The notes below the pieces were generated by a model. That model worked only from the letters and a program-made list of their open reading frames with translations. It did no database searches and had not been told where the DNA came from. From assembly GCA_038257035.1 (NCBI GenBank), contig JBBSJT010000053.1, positions 1 through 15,722 on the forward strand: a stretch of 15,722 nucleotides of DNA. The letters run 5' to 3'. Shown here piece by piece: positions 1 to 8,574 of the stretch. The stretch's first letter is position 1. The number at the start of each line of letters is the position of its first letter. The stretch is from Chlamydiia bacterium (GTDB lineage Bacteria; Chlamydiota; Chlamydiia; Chlamydiales; Parachlamydiaceae). The position numbers and the translations under genes were made by a program.

Positions 1-2
1 AC

Positions 3-332
3 AGTGAACAGACTTCTGAAGATATTGAATTTGCCGATAAAGTTTGGGGAAATGCATACCTTTCAGAAAAGCATATAGATTCCTTTTTTGAGGATATTCC
101 TGATATTAAAAAGCTTAATAAATCAGAAATATTTAAAAAATATACGGTGCATGAAATCAAAACAGCGGGTGGCTGTATAGTGAAAAATGAAAATAGCTGT
201 CGTATTTCGCCTATTGCATTGAATACTTTGAAAGAAACTACAGATCCTTTGCTACTTATTAATAATTTGGGAATGGCAAAAACATTGACATTAGCTAAAG
301 AGTATTTAAAAAGCCTGGATTCCATAGAATAA
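3..332 (+). CDS. 3' part of a hypothetical protein, truncated by the window start
   Basis: The frame is open from position 3 (SEQTSEDIEFADKVWGNAYLSEKH...) to TAA at 330-332, so the track's 147 start is internal. No recognisable motif. Confidence 0.7.
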   Translation, partial: SEQTSEDIEFADKVWGNAYLSEKHIDSFFEDIPDIKKLNKSEIFKKYTVHEIKTAGGCIVKNENSCRISPIALNTLKETTDPLLLINNLGMAKTLTLAKEYLKSLDSIE

Positions 333-421
333 CAACTCGAAGCATTGTAGATCGATTTTTTTGTATTGAACTTATTAATCTATTTTTATATTTTGGGAAA
401 AACAATAAAATGGATTGATAT

Positions 422-781
422 ATGACCCCAACAAATCTAATCGAAAAAGTTGAAATATTTCAAATTTACGAGAATTATCAGCAAAGCTTTCCTTGCACGC
501 ATCGTTGTAAAATCGTTCTTACTGATGGCCAAAAACTTAAAAAAAGTATCGTGGGTCCTGACATTTATATATTGATCCAGGCCATTGCCAAAGAAAAAAT
601 TTGTTTTAAACGAAGTGGTGATAAAGACGACGTATCATTTTTTGAACCCCAGACGGTAGCCCATTTTGATGAATATGAAAAAACACCCTATGATATGTTT
701 ACAGGGGATCCTTCCATTAAAACGCCTTCTGCTAATGAGCTGCTTTCAGTAATATTTAAAGACCATTTTAAATATATATAG
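422..781 (+). CDS. Hypothetical protein (119 aa)
   Basis: ATG preceded by TGGA, protein-like composition. The TAG stop overlaps the family-A repeat fragment. Confidence 0.7.
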   Translation: MTPTNLIEKVEIFQIYENYQQSFPCTHRCKIVLTDGQKLKKSIVGPDIYILIQAIAKEKICFKRSGDKDDVSFFEPQTVAHFDEYEKTPYDMFTGDPSIKTPSANELLSVIFKDHFKYI

Positions 782-797
782 CGATTGGGACAGTTCT
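780..797 (+). repeat. Family-A palindromic element, left-end fragment
   Basis: agcgattgggacagttct matches the left end agcgattcggggacagttct of the copy at 1861. Confidence 0.6.
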
Positions 798-811
798 AAA
801 CGATCTTTTAA

Positions 812-1771
812 TTATGGTTTGCTGTTTAAAAATGCATCTATATGTTTGAAGTAAGTTGATGGATCTTCAACATAAGGGAAATGTCCGCAGTCCTTCATTA
901 GAATTAATTTTGAACCTGAAATATTCTCATGAACCTCTTTTACTGTAATCAGTGGGATAGGGTCTGAATCACCATGTATAATTAATGTGGAAATTTTAAG
1001 CGTATTCAAACCTTTATTCAAATCAAAGGGTTTATCCAATACATTTTCTCGCAAGATTCCAGAGACTTTTCTTCCATCTAAAGTTGCTGTTGATGCCATG
1101 CGTAAATTGAGTAGTTCCGCTTTTTCAGGATTATAACAATACTGTCTAAAAATCAGACGATAAAATTGCTCCATTATATTTTCATTCCCTTCACGAAAAC
1201 CTTCAGAGTCACTCAATTTATCAATTTGGTTCTGAAAAGGAGTCATACGTCGCATATATTCCTTACCAAATAAAGCATATCCTTCTGATGTTGATGGTGC
1301 CGAATTTGACAAAATGAGTTTATCAATATGGCTTTGATCAGCAATAGCATAGTGCATAGCTACAAATCCACCCCAAGAATGGCCAAGAATTGAAATTTTA
1401 TCAAAATTAAAAGTTTTACGAATTGCCTCAATGTCATTTACAAACGATTCCATACTGATTGAATCAGCATTGATACTTCCTGTTGACTTACCACACCCTC
1501 TTTGATCATAAAAAATGAGTAAATTATTTTCAGCTAATGTATACATCCCCGGTTCCAGATAATCCTGGCAGAGTCCAGGCCCTCCATGAATTACAATTAA
1601 AGGCTTTCCTTTTCCTATGACTCTACAAAAAAGTTTAGCATCACCTGATGAAACAAATACTTCCTTTACAGTTTCAGTATTTCTGTCGGTATCTACAGAG
1701 GCAATAGAATTTGAAGCTATTCCAAAAGAAGCAAATAACAATGACATGCATAAAATTATTTTATTAAACAT
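812..1771 (-). CDS. Alpha/beta-hydrolase, proline iminopeptidase-like (peptidase S33), with a probable N-terminal signal peptide
   Basis: HGGPG oxyanion motif, YDQRGCGKS, nucleophile elbow GHSWGG, acid HGDSD and catalytic His GHFPY. N-terminus MFNKIILCMSLLFASFGIAS is hydrophobic. Confidence 0.88.
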   Translation of the reverse strand: MFNKIILCMSLLFASFGIASNSIASVDTDRNTETVKEVFVSSGDAKLFCRVIGKGKPLIVIHGGPGLCQDYLEPGMYTLAENNLLIFYDQRGCGKSTGSINADSISMESFVNDIEAIRKTFNFDKISILGHSWGGFVAMHYAIADQSHIDKLILSNSAPSTSEGYALFGKEYMRRMTPFQNQIDKLSDSEGFREGNENIMEQFYRLIFRQYCYNPEKAELLNLRMASTATLDGRKVSGILRENVLDKPFDLNKGLNTLKISTLIIHGDSDPIPLITVKEVHENISGSKLILMKDCGHFPYVEDPSTYFKHIDAFLNSKP

Positions 1772-1808
1772 ATAACCTACGTAAGTTTTTAATTTTTAGG
1801 AAAGTGTA

Positions 1809-1837
1809 AATATACATATTACTTCGGCAGACGTCAA
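1809..1837 (-). promoter_or_regulatory. Putative sigma70/sigma66-type promoter of the hydrolase gene
   Basis: Minus strand TTGACG-N17-TATATT, about 38 nt upstream of the ATG. Confidence 0.45.
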
Positions 1838-1860
1838 CAATTATAAATCACTAACAAACG

Positions 1861-1980
1861 AGCGATTCGGGGACAGTTCTTCATAAGTGCATAACTTTCA
1901 ATCGGCATTTAGAGAGATAAAGCTTATGTAGTCCGATTAAAAGTTACTGCACTTTTGTGAGAACCGTTCTCATATCGTTA
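1861..1980 (+). repeat. Family-A ~120-bp imperfect palindromic element (REPIN/MITE-like), full copy 1
   Basis: ~46-bp inverted arms (agcgattcggggacagttcttcataagtgcataactttcaatcgg ... ccgattaaaagttactgcacttttgtgagaaccgttctcatatcgtta). Highly similar to 4071-4191. Confidence 0.9.
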
Positions 1981-2404
1981 TACCTAGTTTTTGAATGTTT
2001 TTGAATTAAATTTATGGAGGGGGGTAAAAAACCGTCTCTATTTTTTAATTACTAAACTTACGAACATAGATTTTTTATATATTATTTTTTAATTATTAGA
2101 ATTAAACTTTAAAACTATCAAGGGCGTTTCCCAAATTGGTAAAATCCACAATATTTTGACATTTTAAAAACAGCAGTGTGTCATATAGCATTTTTCCTTA
2201 ATTCTAAAATCGAAAATATAGCTAATAAAATTTTTAAAAGCTTAAAAATTATACTCTTGAATACTTTGAACCAAAAAAGATTTTTATTGTGATGGATGGG
2301 GTTTAATTTCTAAAAATGAACACTTAAAATTTAGCATTGGAGTCACAAAGATTTGAATTGTTTGATTCTTGATGATGATTGGAGATTTTTAAATCTTTTT
2401 CAAT

Positions 2405-2469
2405 AAAACAATTATTTCTCTACAAAAACGATTATTTTTGATGAGTTTTTCAAAAAAACGATTTTTTTT
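2405..2469. repeat. 65-bp direct repeat, copy downstream of fic (overlaps the fic stop codon)
   Basis: Ungapped manual alignment to 4000-4064 gives 58/65 identical. Contains three AAAAACGATTATTTTT-like boxes. Confidence 0.9.
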
Positions 2470-3970
2470 TGTTAATGATTTCTTCCATTGTGATGACTTC
2501 ATCTTCTGTCAACATACCAAAATGGTTTTCTTTTTTACGAGAAGATAGTTTACCTTGGTTCTGCCGTACGCATTTAATAAACAAATCAATTTTTTGATCC
2601 GGCATGTCTACAATTTCTTTACATAAGATTTTTATTTTATCATAATCTACAAGAAATTCCAACTCCCCTTTAAAATCTATAAGGATTGTTTTTTCTGCAC
2701 ATTCATACAAATACTCTGCTATATTTGTAAGATCAACATAACGATAAAAATCAACCGTTTCTTCAAAAACAGTCATTTCCCCGGAATCATTTATTTTGTA
2801 ATCTGAAATTATTTCCATTAATGGTTTTGAGAATCTCTCAAGAGTTTTATCATACAGCCTAAGATCCCTCACCATGGATGCTGAAATAGGAAAAACAATT
2901 CCTTCAGCAACAAATTTTAATTTCGACAGAACATAATGAATAAGAAAACGATGCAATCTGCCGTTTCCATCTTCAAAGGGATGAATAAAAACAAATAAGA
3001 AGGATACTACTGCAGCTATTATAACAGGATTAATTTGAGCTTTTTCCATTATTTCAAATGATCTGATAAGTCCATTCATCAAATCCCGTACGTCGCCGGG
3101 TTTTGGCGATATATAATGAACAATCATACGCCCCATTTCGGGTTCTTCACCAACATAATTTTGAAAATCACGATAAGAATTTGATGCAAAACGAGGATCC
3201 ACAATATTTTTTTGAAGATCTACAAGTTTTTCCTCATTTAAATTTCCAATGGATCCTGCTTTATGCAGCAATCCTACAAATCGAATAAGCTTATTATTGT
3301 CCGGTTTTTCTCTTTCTATTTCCCAGGATGAAAATGTTTCTTTTGTGTACATATACGTCATAGCCCTTGCCAAAAGGGCAGGCTCGTATTGATTGATTAG
3401 TTCTTTTACAGTTTCCTCAATTTTTTTAGATTCAAAATTTTTTAATAAATTTGTTTTTCTTACAATGGGAGTAAATTCTAAAGTTCCAAGAAGATTATTT
3501 GAAACTCGATGCCTAGAACTTCGCACTGGTTTATTGGTGTAGTAATCATCTGAATCTAAAAGATTTACATATGTCCCTTGTTGAAGGTCAGGTAATATAG
3601 TTAAGCTTTTGTTAAAATTTTCATAAAGATACCAAAGAATCCTTGTATATTTTCCGGTAGGCTTATTTTTTATGTAATTTGTTATTTCTAACGAACCGAT
3701 CTTGTTAAGAACTTTCTTAATGATAAAAAGGTTTAGTCCTTCATTTCTTAATGCAAACTCCAAATGATCAAAAACATTTTCTGTTAAGTTGTAAGATGAT
3801 GGATAGATATATAAAATTAAATTTTGATCAGCAAAATGTAAGACTTTTCTTTCACTTTTACTTGAGACATATGACCAGCGAAAATGTGGAATTGTTTGAA
3901 TATCATATAGCTCAACCAATTTTTTGTATCCAATAGCTTTTGCCCCGTCAGGCACATCAGTTTCCCACAT
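2450..3970 (-). CDS. Fic/DOC family protein (putative AMPylase), ~506 aa
   Basis: Canonical Fic motif HPFEDGNGRLHR. Upstream SSWEIERE resembles the (S/T)xxxE(G/N) inhibitory helix. Start reassigned to the ATG at 3970 (MWETDV), which is preceded by AAGGTG, rather than the TTG at 4000. Confidence 0.92.
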   Translation of the reverse strand: MWETDVPDGAKAIGYKKLVELYDIQTIPHFRWSYVSSKSERKVLHFADQNLILYIYPSSYNLTENVFDHLEFALRNEGLNLFIIKKVLNKIGSLEITNYIKNKPTGKYTRILWYLYENFNKSLTILPDLQQGTYVNLLDSDDYYTNKPVRSSRHRVSNNLLGTLEFTPIVRKTNLLKNFESKKIEETVKELINQYEPALLARAMTYMYTKETFSSWEIEREKPDNNKLIRFVGLLHKAGSIGNLNEEKLVDLQKNIVDPRFASNSYRDFQNYVGEEPEMGRMIVHYISPKPGDVRDLMNGLIRSFEIMEKAQINPVIIAAVVSFLFVFIHPFEDGNGRLHRFLIHYVLSKLKFVAEGIVFPISASMVRDLRLYDKTLERFSKPLMEIISDYKINDSGEMTVFEETVDFYRYVDLTNIAEYLYECAEKTILIDFKGELEFLVDYDKIKILCKEIVDMPDQKIDLFIKCVRQNQGKLSSRKKENHFGMLTEDEVITMEEIINKKKSFF

Positions 3971-3999
3971 TTTTACACCTTTTTTCTTAATATCCCACA

Positions 4000-4064
4000 A
4001 AAACGTTTATTTTTCTACAAAAACGATTATTTTTAACGGGTTTTTCAAAAAAACGATTATTTTT
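4000..4064. repeat. 65-bp direct repeat, copy upstream of fic
   Basis: Boxes at 3999-4014, 4019-4034 and 4049-4064; 58/65 identical to 2405-2469. Confidence 0.9.
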
Positions 4065-4070
4065 AAGTTG

Positions 4071-4191
4071 AGCGATATGGGGAAAGTTCTTCATAAGTGC
4101 ATAACTTTTTAATCAAAGCTAGAATTACATAAAGCTTATATAGTCCGATTAAAAGTTAGTGCACTTATGTGAGAACCGTCCCCTATCGTTA
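4071..4191 (+). repeat. Family-A palindromic element, full copy 2
   Basis: agcgatatggggaaagttcttcataagtgcataac ... ccgattaaaagttagtgcacttatgtgagaaccgtcccctatcgtta. Same arms and central ataaagcttat as copy 1. Confidence 0.9.
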
Positions 4192-4200
4192 TAGCCATCT

Positions 4201-5067
4201 TTAGGATTTAAAGTGGTTTTGAAAGATTTTGCTTACAACAGCTTCTCTACTTTGGGGATCCCTGCAAGTTGAAGTATCAATAACTTCATCAAAATGGGCT
4301 CTTGGTGCGACTGTAATCTTTTGTGTGTCGTCGGTAAATCCTAATTTATCCAGAAATTCTTTGCAAAAGATCACTTTGTCCAATAAAAGTTGTTCATCTG
4401 AAACGTCAAATGTACCCATTTTTTTTGAATGAGCCACTGATTTATCAAAACTTGTGTTAAAATATTCAGTTGCTTGATCACGATCAATCTCCTCTAATCC
4501 ATTTGCACTTTTGGTATAAAGTTCAAGAAATTGATCCAATGGAGCAAGAGGGTCTCTCCAATTTCCTAAATCTCCTCCTGGGCCCTCAGCAGCATTATTA
4601 CGCGCATCTAACCTACCCGGAATCTCAGAAAAAGGACAATGTGCTAATAGGGTAGAAACTGGAACTCCTGAAATGCCTCTTTCATCCATTCTTCTTGTTA
4701 AATGGTTCGATTTTAATAAACTGATAACAGTTTTTCCTCCATTTAAGGATCTATTAATTGTATCGTCAATCATTTCTAGTTCCGTTTCAGGTTTAGTTTC
4801 TAATGTAGGATCTCTTCTAAGGTCAAGATCTTCTTCGACATATTCAGGATCAAGAGTTTGTATGGCCTTTACAATGGATGATTTTCCGGAAGCTACAATC
4901 CCGGTAAGAACAATAATCTGACCCTTTATTTGCTTATTGAGAGCTTCCTTAGGCTCTAACACAGATTTAATTCCTAATCCTGAAATGTCGGAATTTGTAG
5001 GTCGAGAAACGTCAAGAGGTTTGTTAAAATTGGGACTATTTTGTGGGGAGCCTTGTATGTTATCCAT
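4201..5067 (-). CDS. P-loop NTPase, small-molecule/nucleotide kinase-like fold (288 aa); paralog of 5255..6373
   Basis: Walker A IIVLTGIVASGKSS, lid-like CPFSEIPGRLDARN, C-terminal VIDTS. AAGGAAG RBS upstream. Confidence 0.8.
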   Translation of the reverse strand: MDNIQGSPQNSPNFNKPLDVSRPTNSDISGLGIKSVLEPKEALNKQIKGQIIVLTGIVASGKSSIVKAIQTLDPEYVEEDLDLRRDPTLETKPETELEMIDDTINRSLNGGKTVISLLKSNHLTRRMDERGISGVPVSTLLAHCPFSEIPGRLDARNNAAEGPGGDLGNWRDPLAPLDQFLELYTKSANGLEEIDRDQATEYFNTSFDKSVAHSKKMGTFDVSDEQLLLDKVIFCKEFLDKLGFTDDTQKITVAPRAHFDEVIDTSTCRDPQSREAVVSKIFQNHFKS

Positions 5068-5128
5068 AAATTTCTTCCTTGTAAAATTATTTGTTATATA
5101 GCTTCAAGATGTCCGGGTCTATTACAAT

Positions 5129-5158
5129 ATTTTAACATGAAAATCATTATTATGTCAA
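5129..5158 (-). promoter_or_regulatory. Possible promoter for the minus-strand kinase-like gene
   Basis: Minus strand TTGACA-N18-TTAAAT. The -10 match is weak in AT-rich DNA. Confidence 0.3.
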
Positions 5159-5183
5159 AAATAGTCTTTTATGTGGGTAATAC

Positions 5184-5213
5184 TTGATAATTTAGTAAAT
5201 TATATAATATAAT
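5184..5213 (+). promoter_or_regulatory. Putative promoter for the plus-strand kinase-like gene
   Basis: TTGATA (5184-5189)-N18-TATAAT (5208-5213); TAAGG RBS before the ATG at 5255. Confidence 0.45.
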
Positions 5214-5254
5214 GACAGATAGCAATTAATGAGACTATTCACATAAGGTTAATT

Positions 5255-6373
5255 ATGGATATGAATAATTCTTCGGCTATTGTTCCCTATGTGGGGAGTG
5301 GTCAAGTCGCTGGGGTGCATCCCGAGTTAAAAGAGAATCTTGTGGCGCGCGTTCAAATTTTGATAAAAAGTTTTGTTCTGGACAGCTCATTCCAGGCTCA
5401 ACTGCGTGACTATAAAAACTTCAAACAGTGTGGTTTAGGAGGAGATATTGTTATTCTTATTGGGACATCCACTGCAGGTAAAACATCCATTATTAAAGCC
5501 TTAAAAGAGCTTGAACCAGATAGATTAGAAGATGGGGTTGATATTCGCAATCAAACGAAACCTTATGTAATATTTTTGAAACTTTTGAAGCAATATAGCC
5601 CGGATGAAGTTGAAATCCTTTCAAACCTAATCGCAGATCCTTTAGATGTTAATATCGCTGATGCCATAAACGATAAGGAAACATGCGGTGTAGTTAAAGA
5701 ACGTTCATGGAAGATAGGTATTTCAGACGAAGAAAAGATGAAGGGCGATGAAGCAATTCAAAGAATAATAGTAAGAATAGAGTCTCGCACAGACGAAGAA
5801 AAAATAAATCACAAAAATGCGTTCAAAAATATAAGAACCGAAATGTTTGATGATGCGTTTGAGCATTCCCGTCGTGGTGAAAATGTTATACTGGATGTAT
5901 TGAACATAGATCTTCTAGCGCAACAAGTTTTAAACAGAAATTTTAATGGTCCGCTAAGAGCGATTCTTGCATTTTGTCCTCTTCACGAGCTTTCATCCAG
6001 AATGGGGCAACGTAATAAAGAAGCAGCTAAGAGTGGGGATCTTGGAAATCAACGAGTTGGTGTATTTCCACTGGAGCAATTTAGTGAACTTTACACGCAA
6101 AAGGAAGAAGGACAAACCACTCTTGAAAAGCTTAAAAGAAAGGAAGTAACCGAATCGTTCGAAGAGAATTATGCTAAAGGAGTTAAAGCTAACCTTCTTA
6201 AATTAGAGAATAAGGATGAAGCTTTGGCCGTTTTTTTAAATAATCTAGGGTTTAAGGAAGGCGTAGATGAGGTGGAAATAGCTCCGAGAAATCAAAAGTT
6301 TTACCACGCTATTATGGATACCAGAAGTAGCGCTAAGGACATAGTAAAAGAAATTAGCAAGGGAACCTCTTAA
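5255..6373 (+). CDS. P-loop NTPase, small-molecule/nucleotide kinase-like fold (372 aa); paralog of 4201..5067
   Basis: Walker A IVILIGTSTAGKTS, Walker B-like NVILD, CPLHELSSRMGQRN, C-terminal IMDT. Confidence 0.82.
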   Translation: MDMNNSSAIVPYVGSGQVAGVHPELKENLVARVQILIKSFVLDSSFQAQLRDYKNFKQCGLGGDIVILIGTSTAGKTSIIKALKELEPDRLEDGVDIRNQTKPYVIFLKLLKQYSPDEVEILSNLIADPLDVNIADAINDKETCGVVKERSWKIGISDEEKMKGDEAIQRIIVRIESRTDEEKINHKNAFKNIRTEMFDDAFEHSRRGENVILDVLNIDLLAQQVLNRNFNGPLRAILAFCPLHELSSRMGQRNKEAAKSGDLGNQRVGVFPLEQFSELYTQKEEGQTTLEKLKRKEVTESFEENYAKGVKANLLKLENKDEALAVFLNNLGFKEGVDEVEIAPRNQKFYHAIMDTRSSAKDIVKEISKGTS

Positions 6374-6403
6374 GTGCTATCAAAAATAAAAAACTGGTAT
6401 TAG

Positions 6404-6457
6404 GCGGATTAGGGGAAAGTTCTCTCAGTTAATGCACTTATGAGAAAACCGTCCCCT
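6404..6457 (+). repeat. Family-A element, internally deleted copy (outer arms only)
   Basis: aggggaaagttctctca joined directly to gttaatgcacttatgagaaaaccgtcccct. Confidence 0.8.
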
Positions 6458-6470
6458 GAGTTTTTTCTTT
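6411..6470 (+). terminator. Possible intrinsic terminator formed by the deleted family-A copy
   Basis: 17-bp imperfect stem (6411-6427 / 6441-6457, 14/17 Watson-Crick) followed by gagttttttcttt, 37 nt after the stop of 5255..6373. Confidence 0.4.
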
Positions 6471-6754
6471 GACGCTTATGAAATGATGTATTCATTAGCT
6501 TCTTGTTAATACTTCAATTTTGTCTGAGGTAATAATCTCTATAGATGGTGCTGTTTTTCCCTCTGCTATAAAGTTTTTATACTGCAAGGTAAGCTTACGT
6601 TCGGTAAATTCAACCGCTTATAATAATTGAATATCTTTTAAAAAGGCAAGTGACTTTCAACGCCATTCTAAGAATAAATTGTTGATATAAAGTGAGTTAG
6701 GGGTTTTAGCTTTAAAGCTTTTAATTTTTGTTAAAATGGTGTAAATGTGGAACT

Positions 6755-7900
6755 ATGATAAACACAGCTTTCAAAATGTTAATCGGTAATAAAACGGCCT
6801 TTATCGGGATGATATTTGGTTTCTTTCTCTCCATCCTATTAATTTCGCAACAATCAGCTATCTTTCTTGGTTTATTATCAAGGTCTTACCGCATTGTTAA
6901 TACTGTTACTGGGACAGACATTTGGGTGATTGACCCTGCAACAGAGGGTGAGGTACTCATTCGTGCGATGCCAAAAGAATATCTGCAGTATGTGAAAAGC
7001 ATCCCTAACGTTGAGTGGGCAGCCCCTATAACCTATATACTTCTACCGTTAAAAACTTTATCCGGAAGCTTCCATGTAGCTGAAGTAAATGGGATAGATG
7101 ATGAAACTTTAATAGGGATGCCCTACTTATTTGAGGGAAATAGTGAAAATTTATATAGGGAAGGTGCTGTAATTCTCGACTCAAATTCAGCCAATGATCT
7201 TTTAGCCACCGTACTGGATGATGGAACAAAAGTTCCTTTAAAAATTGGCGATGAATTTGAAATCAATGGCTCGCGTGCAATTTTAGTTGGAATTGGAAAA
7301 GCAATACCGGGGTTTTTTCCACAGCCGATCATTTTTGCACTAAATAGTCAGATTCAGCAATTTAGCGGATCCAGTCGCATTCAATTTATTGCCGCCAAAA
7401 CAAGGAAAGGCTCTGATATCCAAGAAATACTAAAAGAAATAAATAGTAATCCTAACGTATTAGGTCTCACATCAGAGGGGCTTAAATCAAGAATTGCCAA
7501 ACACTTTTTGAAAACAGGTATATTGATCAATTTTGGAATTTCTGTTCTTTTGGGAATGATTATTGGGTTTTCCATTGCCGGGCAAATTTTTTATATGTTC
7601 ACCATCCAAAACCTTGGATTTTATGCCTTGATCAAATCATTAGGTGGTACAAAATCAATGATACTCAAAATGATTATATTTCAGGCTCTTACAGTTGGGA
7701 TTATAGGCTATCTTTTAGCAACTGCCGCAACCTTGCTTTGGGGATATGCCATACAAAATACCGCATTGACATTTGAATTTCCATGGACGCTTCTGCTATT
7801 TACAGGTTCTATTGCTTTGGTTATTTCTGTGTTTATTGCTTTTTTAAGTATAAGAAAAGTTTTCAAAATGGATCCTCATACCCTCATGGCAAAAATATGA
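6755..7900 (+). CDS. ABC exporter permease (DevC/MacB-FtsX-like)
   Basis: One N-terminal TM helix, a large periplasmic domain, then three C-terminal TM helices with IKSLGG...MIIFQA. Start reassigned to the ATG at 6755 (MINTAFKML). Confidence 0.9.
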   Translation: MINTAFKMLIGNKTAFIGMIFGFFLSILLISQQSAIFLGLLSRSYRIVNTVTGTDIWVIDPATEGEVLIRAMPKEYLQYVKSIPNVEWAAPITYILLPLKTLSGSFHVAEVNGIDDETLIGMPYLFEGNSENLYREGAVILDSNSANDLLATVLDDGTKVPLKIGDEFEINGSRAILVGIGKAIPGFFPQPIIFALNSQIQQFSGSSRIQFIAAKTRKGSDIQEILKEINSNPNVLGLTSEGLKSRIAKHFLKTGILINFGISVLLGMIIGFSIAGQIFYMFTIQNLGFYALIKSLGGTKSMILKMIIFQALTVGIIGYLLATAATLLWGYAIQNTALTFEFPWTLLLFTGSIALVISVFIAFLSIRKVFKMDPHTLMAKI

Positions 7901-8574
7901 TTTCAATTAAATGCAAAGGCATAAAAAAGCATTACAATAGTGGTGATAATATCGTTTGGGCTTTAAAAGGCATTGACATTGAAATTTTTGATAATCAATT
8001 AACTTTTTTAGTCGGCCCCTCAGGTTCGGGAAAAACAACTTTAATGTCAATTATTGAAACATTACTCACGCCCGATGAGGGAGAACTTTTTCTTCTTGGC
8101 CATCATATGAACAGTATGAATGAATTTGAAAAAGCTAAATTTCGAAATAACAATATCGGGGTTGTTTTTCAGTCCCTCAATCTGATTCCGACATTAACTG
8201 TATTGGAAAATATCGCCTTGCCTCTGCTAATCAGAGGAGAAGATGAAAAAAAAGCCAATTTAAAAGGAATAAAACTTCTTGAAGAATTGCATATAGCAGA
8301 TAAAAAAAACTCTCCGCCCACAGACTTATCAAGAGGACAGCAGCAGAGGGTGGCTATTGCACGAGCCTTAATCACCAATCCTAAAATTCTTCTTTGTGAT
8401 GAACCGACAAGTGCTTTGGATGAGGAAAATGGATTTGAATTCATGACTCTACTTAAGAAGCTAGCATCCATTCAAAAAAGAACCGTTTTAGTCATTACAC
8501 ACGACAATCGGATATTTCCTTTTGCTGATCATATGATCCATATTAACGATGGAACAATTGGGGAGAAAAAATGA
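7897..8574 (+). CDS. ABC transporter ATP-binding subunit (DevA/LolD/MacB-NBD-like)
   Basis: Walker A GPSGSGKTT, Q-loop VFQ, signature LSRGQQQR, Walker B ILLCDEPT, H-switch ITHD. The true start is the ATG at 7897, an ATGA overlap with the permease stop. Confidence 0.93.
   Translation: MISIKCKGIKKHYNSGDNIVWALKGIDIEIFDNQLTFLVGPSGSGKTTLMSIIETLLTPDEGELFLLGHHMNSMNEFEKAKFRNNNIGVVFQSLNLIPTLTVLENIALPLLIRGEDEKKANLKGIKLLEELHIADKKNSPPTDLSRGQQQRVAIARALITNPKILLCDEPTSALDEENGFEFMTLLKKLASIQKRTVLVITHDNRIFPFADHMIHINDGTIGEKK

Noticed and set aside
2014..2041. ggaggggggtaaaaaaccgtctctat as a sixth family-A remnant
   Set aside because: Only about 13 nt resemble the right end (aaccgtcccctat), too short to separate from chance.
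2404..4064. CRISPR array from the 16-bp boxes or other repeats
   Set aside because: Boxes are too short, the spacers (4 and 14 nt) are conserved between the two clusters, and there are no cas genes.
6495..6720. Possible minus-strand gene remnant (...KDIQLL*AVEFTERKLTLQYKNFIAEGKTAPSIEIITSDKIEVLTRS*)
   Set aside because: A 40-codon open stretch without a start and with upstream in-frame stops. It cannot be called a pseudogene without a BLASTX hit.
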